From positions 9,610,001 to 9,674,000 of the forward strand of contig CDPCPM010000037.1 of the NCBI GenBank assembly GCA_976551045.1: DNA of 64,000 nt, in the 5' to 3' direction. A program made the translations under genes and the position numbers. The notes below the pieces were generated by a model, which had not been told where the DNA came from, did no database searches, and saw only the letters and a program-made list of their open reading frames with translations. Below, one piece after another: positions 23,771 to 37,717 of the stretch. Positions within the stretch are counted from its first letter, which is position 1; each line of letters opens with the position of its first letter. The DNA comes from Glaucostegus cemiculus. Lineage: Eukaryota.

Positions 23771-26700
23771 AGAGCGTAGACCAGTAGTGTACATCTTTTG
23801 CAGGAAATGCCACCTTGACAATCCAAATTGCATCTGAAACTTGCTTAGGTGAAATGTGTTTTAATTTAACCGTACAAAGCCAGAAACTAATATTTGGTTG
23901 TATATATGAATATTTACATAATAGAATTCGTTAATGATTTTATTTTTTGTTCGCAAATTTTTTTGGTCAGATTACCACTGAACAAACTATTAATCGTTTC
24001 ATTTTTGTTTAAAGAAAAATACTGCTACTTTGGGTTTAATGGTATAATTTTCTTGAAATCAGTTTTAGCCTTTATTAGCCAGGAGGCTCCGTGGCCAAAC
24101 ATTGTCTTAGAAATCCAACTGAAAAGAACTGGCACGGCACAGTTTAAAATCACATAACATGTTGATCAATTTTGCCCATGTTTCTGCCTGTTATTGCCAG
24201 GTATTAATAAGGCATGAACATATGAGTGCAATTATTTTGTATATTATAGCACTTTTTTTGGTGTCTAGCTCAACCACATAACATTAAAGCTCAGGCTCAA
24301 ATTGAATGTTATACAAAGGTCAGGTATACCTCTCTTATAGTCTTAGACAGACCTGTGCAAGACTGCCAACTAAGCCTTGAGTAGATAGACCCATACTGGG
24401 TTCCCAGCTGGTTTCAATAGCTAGAAATGCCAGAAGAAATCTTGCATATGAACAAGTTTTTACATTTATCACAGGAGAAGTTAGTTTACAGAACAACTGA
24501 AGAAATACTGGTGATTAAAAAGGGATGAGAATTATAGTGGGTAATTTCCAGGGAGGTGTCAAAGGGCATATGGCCTTTTTGAGTACCTGCTCTTTGAGAG
24601 CAGAATGCTTCTGGCATGTGCAAAAGTTGCATCAAAAATAGATTCCCAGTTTTTCTTGATTTTTTCAATGTATTAGTGAACAGCAATGCATTACACATGG
24701 CATATCTTGGTAAAGGCAGCCTATAAGGATTCTGAGGTGTGGTTGCTAACAGGGTGACCCTAACTCTGACTTATAATATATGCTTATCTCTATGACTATT
24801 TCCTGCCATATGGGATCTTTGCACTGAGACTGGTTTCTGTGTGAACTGTCTCACAACCCTCTGGAGGTTCCCCTGCCCTCTCCCCACCTACCTATTGCCT
24901 GAGTGGATTCTGCTTCTCCTTTCATAGCTTGCATTCATTCCAATCTGAAAGAATGCTGGTTGTATTAAGTTGTGACTTCTAAGGGCTGCTTCCTGAAGTT
25001 GGCTGTGAGGGGAAAAAGTGTTACATGGGATATTCAACCTGGCATCCATTTTCTTTTACATGAAAGGAAGTTGCTCAGTGGTGTTTTAGAACTGGTGCTA
25101 TTGAATTTTTTAAGAGCTTTTTGAGTGCATTAAGGGCTCTGACCATAACCCATTCCCAAATTAAGCTGCACAAATACAGAACTTAACAAGTAAATAACAT
25201 TTTTTTATGAAGCGCTGAATATTTTATCCTTCCCATCCTAACCTGTGCACCCTTTTATTAATTTCACGTTGAGATTTCTGCACTTGATACAGCAAGCTTA
25301 AAAATAGGTTGACAGAATTAGGGAATACTAAACGTGTACAGGCCTGCTGAGTTCTGCCAACATTTTGTGTGTGTTACTCCAGATATCCAGAATCTGCAAT
25401 CTCTCTTGTATCTCTCTAATTCTGAACCCTTTTGTCCTCACTAAAGGAAGAAAACTATCCCCATTAGCTTCAGTCAGTCATGATTTTGTTAATCTCTAGT
25501 TAATTTGTTAACTTAATTCTCCTTGCACAATTTTCTTAGTGCTTCCAGCCATCTGTATAAATGTGATGGTTGCAAGGTAGTGGTTGGCTGGTAAGATGTG
25601 CTGTGCCTCCGCTGTTGGTGGTAGTTAACCTTAAATGAATAGTTGCATTTTTGTTGGCGCATTTAAAGTTCAGCATTCATATAGAAAGCAGCTGATCTGA
25701 TGAGTAAAACTTGTGCCATGTTGAAAGATCTGGAGAAAGCTGGGAAGAAAGATCTTGCTAGCACTGACCCGCTATACGGTTGCAAAAAGGAAGACACTGT
25801 TATTCGTTAATTTGTGCAGTTTAATTATCTGAAATCTGATTTGGTCATCATATCATGTACTTGATGCATCACTGTTATTAAGAAAGTTGATCTGAACAGT
25901 AAAGTGATTAAAAATGGACGAAAATCTTTTGGTACTTGTGATCACTTTCTTTTTCATAGGATTGTGACTCCATTTTGTTATGGAGGAAGCCATTTATTAT
26001 TTAGTGGACAGGTTTTTTTGCAGGTCACAAAGCTAATGTATATACTTGGGAAGAAATTACTTTAAACTTATCACAAACAATTGATTTGCTCTAAGAGGTT
26101 AAGTAGGAACCAATATTATCCTGCTGTTGTTTGTAAAGTATATCCATCTATTAAAAAAATTCATTTCTCTAAATTTTATATTTTGTTTATAATGCAAAGC
26201 AACCATTGAAAAATTGCAGAGTAAATAAACTTGCTAAAATTTCCCACTGACAGCCGAAAAAACTTTGCATGTATGATTGATGGTAACAAGAGCCAAATTT
26301 ACTTGACTTTCTTTAGTTTGGACAATCTTCTAGAAATTTTTACATTCTATAAATGAATTGGCATGGTTATAAAAGGTATATATAGTTGTTAGGCAACAGA
26401 TCTTCAAACTGCTGCCGGAGGTAGTAATGTTTTATATATGACTTCCACCTTAAATATGACTGATTCGAAATGGAGATTTTCATTCATTTTTTTTAAGGTG
26501 ATGAAAACACAAATTAAGGAAGTGGTAATATTCATAAATCCTTATGTTTGTTCACATGCAATTACACAATGGAAATTTGTTTTGATATAAACTGCAGAAA
26601 ATAGTGCAGCTGAATCATTGAGATGTCTGTTGTGTTCTAAATGTATATTTGTGTTTCAGTGTAATTTTATTAGAATTATTCTGGAATTAAGGATCTATTT

Positions 26701-28164
26701 ATTCAAATTTTGATAATGATATTTGATTCATGTTGTGTTCCAAAAGTAGATAAAAATGCATTGATGAAATCCATTGTAAAGCCACTTGCCATATGCATGA
26801 TTTTAACATGGGAGCAAATAAAGCTTAGCAAACAAAATAAGGATGGTTACTGACATCAGACATGACGGTGACAATCCTTATTTTCACTAGGGTTCCTTTG
26901 CCTCCGCAGATGCTTCTTGACCTGAATTCCTCCAGCAGTTTTTTTTTTCCACTTTCATGTTGAGTTATATCGAGGTGAAGTTTCTTGCACTCCATAACAC
27001 TATTGTAATCCACATTTTGGCTATCCATTATAGTAATATGCAGTTTTAAGATTGCTGAAAGAATTTATACTTTTAAGTATGGATAACTTCAAGAGCTGAT
27101 TTTTGCAGAGAGGGGAAGATGATCCTTAACATCTTCATAAGCTTAGTTTTGAACTTTTACACAGCATTAAGTTTGCCATTTTGCAAATCTTTTGTGGATA
27201 ACTGAGGCTTTAAATGTTCTGTATTTGGAACATGTCTGCACTTTGAATATTACTTTAAACCATGCTGGAAAACATAATTTGATTTACTTAGGAAAAGTAT
27301 TATTAAGATGTTTTTAAATGGTTGAATTGAAATCTCCATTAATTTAAATATTGTGTCAATAAATAGCATCAGATATCAAATTTGTTTTAATACACGTATG
27401 CTGAGAATAATAGCATTAATTTATAGGAATGTATAGAAAAACACCTTGAGTAACTTAAAGATACTGAAAATCTGCCAAAGAGAAAGAAAAGTGGACCAAA
27501 AGCTAGGCTTAAGTAAAAAGCTTTAAAAGACGTGGCTATACAAGATGTTAATATTAGGATTAAGACTGAGTAATCAAAAAAGATGGTTTGGGGATGGTGA
27601 GTAAAATGTGACAAAAATTTTAGCAATAGGATTGAAAAGTAAATTTGAGGGAGTTGGAGGTTGGTGGCGTGCTGACATATGATGCTAAGGATTAGAATGT
27701 CACCTGAACTTTACGTGGAATAGTGTATGGGTAGTGAACTTTAAAATACTGAAATTTAAAGTGCGGTGCTGAAATTAACTCGTAATTTGAGGCAGAGGTA
27801 TGGGGGAAGGTGTCACTATCGTACTAAGGTGGAAGTAAACCAGTAATATAGATCACAACAATGCTTTAAGAGACAATCCGGTTAATACCAAGGTGGTGAT
27901 TATTTAAGGCAGTTGGTGAGAGTAGAAATTTGTAGCGATAGTCAAAGCTTGTTACTTTGATTCTCCTATTATATAGTTGGAAGAAATTATTTCTCATCAC
28001 GGTTGCATGATTACAGTATTACAGAATTGGAAGATCTAGAGATAGAAGTTGAAACCAATGTTGCTGGGGGGAAAAGCAGAAACTTTTATAAAGTTTTGAC
28101 AGGTCATGCAACATCTTTGGAGGGAGCAATGGTTGATGTTTTCAGTTGATCTTTCATCAGAACC

Positions 28165-28840
28165 AAGTTCCTGGGGGTGCACATCGCTGATGACCTGACC
28201 TGGTCTATTAACACCACAGCCCTCACCAAGAAAGCCCAGAAACGCTTCTACTTGCAGAGACTGAGGAAAGTGAACTCCCAATCCTTCATTCTATAGAGGG
28301 ACCATTGAGAGCATCCTGACACACTGCATCACTATCTGGTATGGGAGCTACTTAGCTGCTGGACAGAAGTCCCTTTAGAGAATAGTGAGAGCAGCAGAGA
28401 AGATCATAGGTGTTTCTCTACCCTCTATTGCGGATATATATAGGGACCGATGTGTCAGAAAGGTCACAAATATAATGTCGGACCCTCCTCGTCCCTCCTA
28501 CCATCTCTTTACACTCTTGCCCTCCGGAAGAAGGCTCCAGTGCATCCGGGCAAAGACTACCAGACTGTGCAATAGCTTCTTCCCACAGGCTATCAGAACT
28601 GTGAACTCCCTCATCCCTCCATCACTCCTGCCAACACCAAAGGATGCTAGGCGTACTGAAATGCACCAGCACTTTAAATGTCCGTTGTCAGTACGCTCAA
28701 TTTAAGATTGTTCATTTAAGGCGCTATTTAATTTTGTCGTTCCAATGTTTTTAGTGCCTTTCTGTCTTTGTGTCTCTCATTGTTTGTTTCTTTTTTTAAA
28801 TGTGACGAGCACCTTGACCTGTGGAGTATGGTATTTCGCT
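28165..28840 (+). mobile_element. Rex1/Babar-type LINE, 5'-truncated ORF2 C-terminus plus 3' UTR
   Basis: Frameshifted translation KFLGVHIADDLTWSINT...ESILTHCITIWYGS...RAAEKIIGVSLPSI...HLFTLLPSGRR...TTRLCNSFFPQAIR. Confidence 0.85.
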
Positions 28841-29029
28841 CCTATGCATACTGAATGTATATATCGTAGTAACAATAAAAACTGATTGTGATTCTGAGAA
28901 CAGCAAAAAGTTGCAAGGAAAAGCTGTTGAGAACTAAAGAGTAGATCCATGATGGGGTGAAAACTAGAATGCTGGGCGTATAATTTATAAGGGTGGAATG
29001 GCAGATTTTATTTAAAGTTGTTGAATTCA

Positions 29030-29265
29030 CTCAGGTCTGGAAGGCAATGGTATGTCTACTTAGAAGAACAACCTTTTCCATGAGCTCACATTGAGTTTCA
29101 TTGGACTGAGGAGCCATAAGCAGTAGGTCTGCATGGGAGTTGGATGGAGAATTAAAGTGACAGGCAATAGGACACTCAGGGTCACTCTTGTTGACTTGAA
29201 TGGGGGTCCTCTGCAAAATGGTCAACCAGTCTGCTTTTGGTTTCCTTGACAGAGGAGGCCACATG
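29030..29265 (-). mobile_element. Penelope-like (GIY-YIG region) fragment
   Basis: ORF remnant DPECPIACHFNSPSNSHADL resembles the PVAxHFNSPSHSHxD motif of these elements. Confidence 0.7.
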
Positions 29266-29280
29266 GTCTTTCAATGTTCA

Positions 29281-31190
29281 TCATAAGACACACTAGCAGA
29301 ATTAGGCCTTTCTGCCAATTGAGTCTGTGCTGCCATTCAATCATGGCTAATTTATTAGTCCCTCTCAATCCCGTTCTCCTGTCTTCTCCCTGTAACCTTT
29401 GACACCCTTACTGATCAAGAACCTATAAACCTTTGGTTTATACCCAATGTCTTGGCTTCCACAGCCCTCTGTGGTAATAAATTCCACAAAAGAAATTCTT
29501 CCTCATCTCTGTTCTAAAGGAATATCTTTCTATTTTGAGTTTGTGTCCCCTGGTCCTAGACTCTCCCATTAATGGAAACATCCTCTCCACGTCCACTCTT
29601 ATCAATATTCAGTAGGTTTCAATGAGATCCCCCCTCTCATTCTTCTGAACTCCAGTAAGTACAGGTCCAGAACCATCAAATGCTCCTCATAATATATTGA
29701 CTCTTTTATCCTTGGGATCATTCTCGTAAACCTGCTCTGGACTCTCTTCAAAGCCAGCACATCCATCCTTAGATATGGGGCCCAAAATTGCTCACAATAC
29801 TGCTGAGGCTATCAGGGGTCTTACCAACCCCTGATAGCCTCAGCATTATATCCTTGCTTTTATATTCCAGTCTTCTCAAAATGAATGCTAACATTGCATT
29901 TGCCTTCCTTACTACTGACTCAACCTGCAAGTTAACCATTAGGGAATCCTGCACCAGGACCCCCAAGTCCCTTTGTATCTATAATTTCTAAGTTCTCTCC
30001 CTGTTTAGAAAATAGTCTGTGCCTTTATTCCTTCTACCAGAGTGTGTGCCCATACACTTCCCTATGCGGTATTCCATCTGCCACTTTGCCCATTCATCAA
30101 ACAAGTCTTTCTGCAGACTCCCTACTTCCTCAACACTACCTGCCCCTCCACCTATCTTTGTATCATCTGCACACTTGGCCACAAAGTCATTAATTCCATC
30201 ATCCAGATCATTAACATGTAACGTGAAAAGTAGTGGACCCAACATCGACCCATGGGGATCACCACTAGTCACTGGCAGGCAACCATAAAAGGACCCCTTT
30301 ATTCCCACTCTTTGCATTCTGCCAGTCAGCTAATCTTCAATCCATGCTGGTACCTTTCCTGTATTACCATGGGCTCCTATCTTGTTTAGCGTCCTCATGT
30401 ATGGCACCTTGTCAAAGGCCTTATGAAAATCCAAGTAAACAATATCCACTGACTCTCCTTTGTTATATCCTGCTTGTTATACCCTTGAAGAATTCCAATA
30501 GATTTGTCAGGCAAGATCTTCCCTTAAGGATACCATGTTGACTTCAACCTACTTTATCGTGTGCTTCCAAGTACCCCAAAACCTCATCCTTAAGTCTTTG
30601 GAATCTTACTAACTACTGAAGTCAGGCTAACCAGCCTATAATTACCTGTCTTTTGCCTCCCTCCTTAAAGAGTGCAGGGACATTAGTGATTTTCCAGTCC
30701 TCAGGAGCCATGCCTGACTGTAGTGATTCTTGAAAGATCCCTAATAATGCCTCCACAATTTCTTCAGCTACCTCTTTCAGATCCCTGGGGTGTAGTCCCA
30801 TCTGGTCCAGGTGACATCCATCTTCAGACCTTTCAGCTTCCCAAGCACCACCTTAGTAGTAATGACTATACTCACTTCTGCTCCCTGACACTCTCGAATT
30901 TCTGGCATATTGCTGATGTCTTCCACAATGAGGACTGACGCAAAATACTTAATCTGTTCATCCGCCATTACTACAGTGATATTTTCCAGTGGTCCAATGT
31001 CCATGCTTGCCTCTCTTTTACTATTTATATAAAAGTAAATATATACTAAAAGTAAATATATTATTACCTAGCTTAATTTCATGTTTCATCTTTTCTCCCC
31101 TTACTGCTTTTTTGGTTGACTTCTGTTGTTTCAAAGCTTCCCAATCCTCTAGCTTCATGCTAGTTTTTGCAGCATTGTATGCCCTCTCTT
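29281..31190 (-). mobile_element. CR1 LINE, about 1.9 kb 3' portion with disrupted RT
   Basis: Remnants QRVGIKGSF...SGDPHGSMLGPLLFTLHVNDLDDGI...KCADDTKIGG and GVLVQDSLMVNLQVESVVRKANAMLAFI; CR1 tail complement at the left end. Confidence 0.92.
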
Positions 31191-32024
31191 CTAAAAAGGT
31201 TTACTGAATTGGCAAAAACACAAGTATATTGTTGCTTCAGCTGGAAGTGGTGGTTGGGTTCTTGGAAGGTGGAAATAGAGAGGATAAAAGCATACATTTT
31301 GCACCTCCTGCGGTTGCTTGGGAAGGTGCTATGTGATCACAGTTGTATAGCCATTAATGTTGCTAAGGAAAGGCATGTGAATGAAGACATGAAAGGTGAG
31401 TGAGGAGAGTTTCAAGAGTGGATCCTAGAGGAAATCTGATTGAAGATGACCTATTTTAAATTGTTTGAACAATGCTGATCTACAGTATTGTTTTTAAGAA
31501 ACAAAACAGCACAAATAGATTGAACACGTATCTGCTGAAGCTGATCTACTGAAGAAAACAAGCTCCAAGTAACATTGCAGATTTGTTTGAACTTGGAGAA
31601 CTTTTTGCTACTCAGAGAACTTTAATCTCTAATCTCTAGTTTTTAAAATGACCTGTTAGATTATAGACATTTCAAAATGAATTGTTCCTGTACCAAAACA
31701 TGCTGTTTGTCCCAATAATTCTATGAGCATTTTTCCTCAAAACACGCCATGGTCTTATTCCACTCTACTGTTTCAAGTAGTTACCTCAGTCACTTTTCTG
31801 ATGATTAACTTCAAGGCAATCCTACTTCCAAACCCTCCAGCATGTTGGTTCTAGTATTTGAATGAAAGCAGATAATTTTGCAAGCCAAGGTCCCCATAAA
31901 GAAGTGATCATTTATATAGTTGCATTTGACAGATGTACCAGTTGTGAAATGAATATTGTAGACTTAAACAAGGGTTGGGAATCTTACAGATTTTTGCTGT
32001 AAATAGTGTTTGGTTTATGATCTT

Positions 32025-32285
32025 AATGACACATGAGACCATTCAACCTATTGAGTATACATGCTGTAAGAGCATTCTCATCAGTCCCATTATCCCACTT
32101 GTCTGTAGCTTATTCTCTCCTATATCCATCAACTACTTCTTGCACCCCCTAATTCTCCTGCCACCCATCTACACTAGGGGCAGTTTACAGTAGTGAGTTG
32201 ACGTACTATCATGTCTTTGGGTAGACAGCATCCAAGGTAGAGCTGTAAGGCAGCTGTGTTATCTGCTCTGCTACAATCTCACCCT
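32025..32285 (-). mobile_element. Old degraded V-SINE-like fragment
   Basis: ccacccatctacactaggggcagtttacag...atgtctttgg resembles 1315-1625. Confidence 0.5.
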
Positions 32286-32513
32286 TGCTGGTAAGCAAGA
32301 GGACCACAAGTTAATGTCCTCATTCAACTCTAAATTGGAAAGCAAAGTGCAACTTTGTTTCAGAATTGGCTGCTTTGGGGTCTGAAGTCATTTTGGGTGT
32401 CTTTTTCTGGACTATTTCATTAGGTGTTTCATATGTAGACCCCTGCAGAGGATGGGATCCTTCTGTTACGCTTCAGCTTGTACCTCAGTGTAGTATCTTT
32501 CTGCCAGTTCTTT

Positions 32514-33066
32514 TTTTCTTTTTCAATCTTTTTTATTGATAACAAATCAATACAGGTTAAGATATATAACAACAATGTTTACACATGTATTATAGAAATA
32601 TCAAGTAACAATCATAGGTAATCATAAAAAAAAGCAATAAAGTATGATATATATAAAAATAGTTCCAATGATCTCTTGGTCCATAAGTGTAATGTAAAAG
32701 ATAGAAAAGAAAAAGATTTGTTATATAATTAGAAAAAAAACAAGAAAAACCCCAAATCAATAAAAAAAATCATTACAGAGTAAATTAAACCGAAAATGAA
32801 TTTAAAAAAAAAGAAAAAAAAAACAAAACAAGGAAAAAAAAACTGGGCTAAAATTTTCAATAGAAATAGAACAATATGATGTCGTCAGCTCCGTTTCTCT
32901 GAATTTAAAAAAAAAGTTATAGAAGGGGAAACTACATCATGTGAAAGTATTGAATAAATGGACTCCAAATACCTTCAAATTTAAGCAAAGAATCAACAGT
33001 ACCACTCCTAATTTTTTCCAAATTAAGACATGATATAGTTTGAGAGAACCATTGAAAGGTAGTAGA
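32514..33066 (-). mobile_element. 5'-truncated L1/Tx1-clade LINE insertion with target-site duplication
   Basis: ORF2 C-terminus FQWFSQTISCLNLEKIRSG...KFEGIWSPFIQYF, T-rich 3' UTR, AATAAA on the minus strand (32532-32537), A-rich tail, and direct repeat tgccagttcttt at 32502-32513 and 33067-33078. Confidence 0.85.
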
Positions 33067-34289
33067 TGCCAGTTCTTTGCTCTGCTTCCTCACTGCACCG
33101 ATCTTTCTTGTGACATCAACACTAATTGTGAGGGAATTTTTCCTGCCAAAAATGAAGGAATGGTGTAATTCTACTTGACAGTCCACGCCATGGCTGAGCT
33201 GTTTTATATGTTTAGCAAGCTGTAAAACAAAGTAATTTTCTCACTCACTAAAAATATTGGTGTGCCTAACCTATAATTTCACTCCTACAGCTTGATGCTG
33301 CTTGTAATATAATTACAGTGTTGATGGCAAACTTCTGGTATTTCACCCAAGAAAGTGTTTGGTACCCGTGAGATGTTGAGTTCGATCTCAATAGCAGTGT
33401 AAATTTAAATGGAATGCACAAAGGAAGAGGAAATAATGAGATATATCTTGCCTAAAACAACTTGCAGGGTTGGCCAAACTATAGCGTGTAATATCAAAAT
33501 GGTGGGCTTTCAGCTTTTTTAACATTAGAATTTGACATCTAATTTATAATAGTATTGTGATGTTGGATTTCCTGTAATGTTTGATAGGGGTGCTTTTAAG
33601 GTCACACTCAAAGTGTGCTTACAATGCTGCTTGTTCTACAATCTGAATTTTATAGAAATAATGTCCGAGTAAAAGTGAAGTACCTATAATATTGACAAAT
33701 TGAGGCATACGTGATTAATTACCTTGTGAATACATCTGTATTGTTACATAGTAAAAGTTTAGGTTCATAGTGATGAAAGACATTGCAGATATGGAATCTT
33801 AGTAAGCATCCATTCCTTAAAATAAAGAGTTGAATTGGGACATTCAGTCCATGGAGTCTGCTCTGCTGTTCCATCATTTTCACAACACATCCTACCATTA
33901 TCTTTTACTATTAATTCATCATCCTAAATTTAGTTCATAAATTTACTAAGTACACATGTATTCACGTCATAGTTAAGGACTAATATAAACCATTTTTTAT
34001 CCTTTTCTGGTAGCCGCTTGCTAACCAAAACTCATGAAATAGGTTTAATATGTACAAATTCTGAGTATACATTTTATTGATGGGTTAATAAATAAGTGTT
34101 AAATAGATATTCATCTATTTCACAATGTAACTCTGCAGCATGGTACCAGAAGTAATCTAGCAACATTAAAAACAGCACTAAGTATAAAAAGTGCAGATCA
34201 TATGACTACTTTGCAGATTAGTCGCAAATGTGAGCTTCAGCTTTCAATCACCCATTTTCCAGACAATAGTTATAACAGCTGCTCCCTTT

Positions 34290-34835
34290 TGGCCCCCATT
34301 ATTCATTGTATGCATCCTATCCTTCTTAGTCCTCCCAAATATATCCCCTCTCATTGTTTAGCATTAAATTCCATCTGCCACTGTTCTGCCCACCTCATCC
34401 TTGAACCCAAGACGATCGTTCTCACTATCAATGACACTAAATTTTCATGTCATTTGCAAACTTATTAATCACATCCATATTGTTAATATATAGTACAAAC
34501 ATTAAGGATATACCACTGGATACAGGCTTCCAGTCATAAAAATACCCTCCATCATCACCCTCTTCCTCCTATTACCAAGCCATTTTTGGATCTAATATGA
34601 CATCTGGCTTGGATCCCATTGGACTTTTATGTTTTGGACCAGTTTTTCGTGTGGGACCTTGGCAAAGGCCTTACTGAAGAACAACTAGATTACATCAACA
34701 ACAATACTTTCATCAATACACTTTGTTACTTCTTTGCCCATACTGACATGTCTATCCACAGCATCCTCTACTGCCACTTTGAGGCCAGATGCAGGTTGGA
34801 GGAGCAACACCTTATATTACGTCTTCATAGTCTTC
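34290..34835. mobile_element. Degraded CR1 fragment (-) joined to a Penelope-like fragment (+, about 34735-34835)
   Basis: ttaaattccatctgccactgttctgccca and gtgggaccttggcaaaggccttactgaa (CR1), followed by AHTDMSIHSILYCHFEARCRLEEQHLILRL. Confidence 0.7.
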
Positions 34836-37140
34836 AAGCAAGTCACTGTTTTAAAATCAGTCAGCAATTCTTACATTTCTTTAGCGTTTTACATTAATGT
34901 TTAATTTTCCATTTTATGAAGTTACTTGGCCATTTGTATCATTTTCTTTAAGTGTGGCTTTTGGTATTGCACATCTGTTGATGCTTTTGTTTAAGTGATG
35001 CATTAGTTTTAATATGGATGGATAAGTTTTGCCCTATTTAATATGCTGGATCTGATTTTACAATATTTCTGTTAGTACTGCTGAGCAGCTTCACTGATGT
35101 ATTTGAAGCCTCTGGTGTATGGATCTAGCTTCCATTATGCACAAAGTATGCAAATCAAAATCTGACACAACATATTGTTCTAAATTGAACCTGCTTTTGT
35201 GAGCTGCCTTTAATAAGATGGTGTTTATAACAGTACAGTTAGGAGTTAGTTGCTTTGTTTATAATGGAGCAAGTTGTATGATGAATCAGCCTTCAGTTTG
35301 CATCATTAAACAAATGTTCCATAACGTTTTCATGCTTGTTTTATGAAATCATTTCTTGTGCATTATATTTTTTTATTTGGCTATAAACAGTAACTTGGAC
35401 AGGGTGCAAGTAACTCCTTTCATAAATTGCAAGAAGTTTGCCTCTTCATACATTGCATGCAAATGCAATATTTAAAGAAATGCAAAGAAAGAATGAGTAG
35501 TGTTTCAAAATATCAAATTTACTTTCAATTTGAGTCTAAATATATTAAGGTCTTTACAATTGTGCAGGCTTTATGAACCATTGTAAAAAAAACTTTGTTA
35601 ATAAACCGATAGTTCAGGACATCTTGGGTTAAGGACAGTTCTAAATGACTGGAACATTTAAAATTTATGTCTAAATCTCATTTACCTAGACTGCTTGGTC
35701 GGAAAAAGCTGATCAGTGGCATGGTACAGTTGAGGTCGAAGGAAAAGAAAAATTGTGCACTAAACTAACATCTATTGAAGGTATACTTTCCTTTAGTGAT
35801 TTACAGTGTAGAATTGTCTAATTTATTTGAATTATATGGATGGCTTAATTGGGTACTTTATTTTTCAAATAAACTTTCAATAAATGCATAAAATGGAATC
35901 TTTATTATGCACTAAAACAGGTGGTGAAGAGTGCTTTCCCCACGGTCTTGTGAACAGAATACTGTGATCATCAGGTTCTGAGTGTTGATATTTATAATAG
36001 TTCTTAGTTTTATTTTTGTTTCGTCATATATTGATTGCTAACTTGCGATAATTATGGAGTGCTTAACTTGGGTTACAATTTTTTTTTGTTCATTTAAATC
36101 ACTTCCACGGGTTACGAGGTCTTGCCAAGTTTAAAATTCTCCAAAGCTCCATGGAATACACAGAAGCAGCATTTTAATATTGTTTGATCATGGATCTGTG
36201 CTGTTCCTATAAGAATGCATTATCTATAGAATGTATAATAACAAGAGTTCAGGGATGCCTAAATGTTGATAATTGGTGTTTAACTGATGTAAGATTCTGT
36301 ATCTTACTGGCATGAAGGAGTAGGCTTGTTGCTAGTTTAGGCAGGATCACTGCTCATTGAGATGTCTCAGCATTGCTTTGAGCTGGTTGGACAAAATTCT
36401 AGTCCCTAGTGGAAGTTGTACTGCATCCAAAAATCAATCATGATTGCTGCCCTCTGAGTAAAGTAGATCCAAAAGGTCCCTTGCCTCATGTGACCATGCC
36501 AGGTAGGTTAATCAGGTTTAATCATTGCTCAGTTGGTGGCCAAGGTCTTGTGTTCTTACTGAGACGCTGGCTACATGATGCCTGAATGAATGTGACCCAG
36601 ATGCAGGGAGTGTTTCTCCAACCCTATCAAATCAGACAGCAAAGCTTGAATATGAGAATACATTTTCAAGCCCATCTCCAGTGTCAAAATATTTTTTGTT
36701 CTGAGTTCATTATCCACATCAGTTTTCTTGACAAAACTATGCTAAAATTGTGCAAGATTGGTAGTTACTTTCCATGTTCAAGGTGTAATGCTGTTTATCA
36801 ATCACCCAAAGTCAAATACTGAAATGAAGAATATGGTTAAAAAGAATAGTCCTGGAGCCTAATAATTGCTGTGAACTGGACCCCCTCTCTCTGCAGTCAT
36901 GAAGCTTTGGCATAACAAAAGCCTTTATCTTTGGTTTGGTCCTGAATCTTACTACTGGATTAAGTAAAACTCTTTCATAAAAGCATGTGGATTGAATCTC
37001 TCAAGAACATTCCCAAGGAACAGTGTTGAATTTAGTTCACAAATTCTAGAATTCCTTTTCTCTCTGTCTGATATCTTTTGATGAATGCATTTTCATAATG
37101 GTCTTGAGTTAATTTGAAGCATGCACCTAATCTCATTTTA

Positions 37141-37431
37141 TAAGATCTTTATTAGTCACATGTACATCAAAACACACAGTGAAATACATCTTTAGCGTAG
37201 TGATTTTGGGGGGCAGTCCGCAAGTGTCGCCATGCTTCCGGCGCCAACATAGCATGTCTGTAACCTCCTAACCTGTATGTCTTTGGAATGTGGGAGGAAA
37301 CCGGGGCACCCGGAGGAAACCCACACTGACACGGGGAGAATGTACAAAGTCCTTACAGACAGTGCCGGATTTGAACCCAGGTCACTGGCGCTGTAAAGCA
37401 TTGTGCTAACCACTATGCTACCGTGCCGTCC
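37141..37431 (-). mobile_element. tRNA-derived V-SINE, same subfamily as 9116-9410
   Basis: Close reverse complement of 9116-9410 along its whole length. Confidence 0.92.
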
Positions 37432-37670
37432 TATCACTTAACATCACTTAACATATCAGACATACAATCTTAAATACCAGGTGAAGCACCTCTTGGGCAG
37501 TAAATAGGTTGTCTCAAATTAGTTCCATGTGCCTATATTTGAATGATTTGTTACACATTTTCTTCTTAGATTAACTTTTGAATTTTCGTACAATGGATTA
37601 GTTTGTTTCTCATCTTGTGCTTCATTTTTTATTTTGATATTAGTCAAAAGTTCTACTTTATTTCCAACAG

Positions 37671-37717
37671 AGATCCCCTTTGTCAACAAGCTGTTAAATC
37701 TGGGGACAAAAGTTCAG
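37671..37717 (+). other. ADNP: Candidate ADNP non-coding 5'-UTR exon (47 nt)
   Basis: ctttatttccaacag| acceptor and CAG|gtgaga donor; ATG-free; 2.7 kb upstream of the start-codon exon. Confidence 0.5.

Noticed and set aside
28385-30541. 106-aa and 109-aa ORFs as host genes or active retroelements
   Set aside because: Frameshifted, truncated LINE ORF2 remnants; the CR1 catalytic motif is degenerate (CADD).
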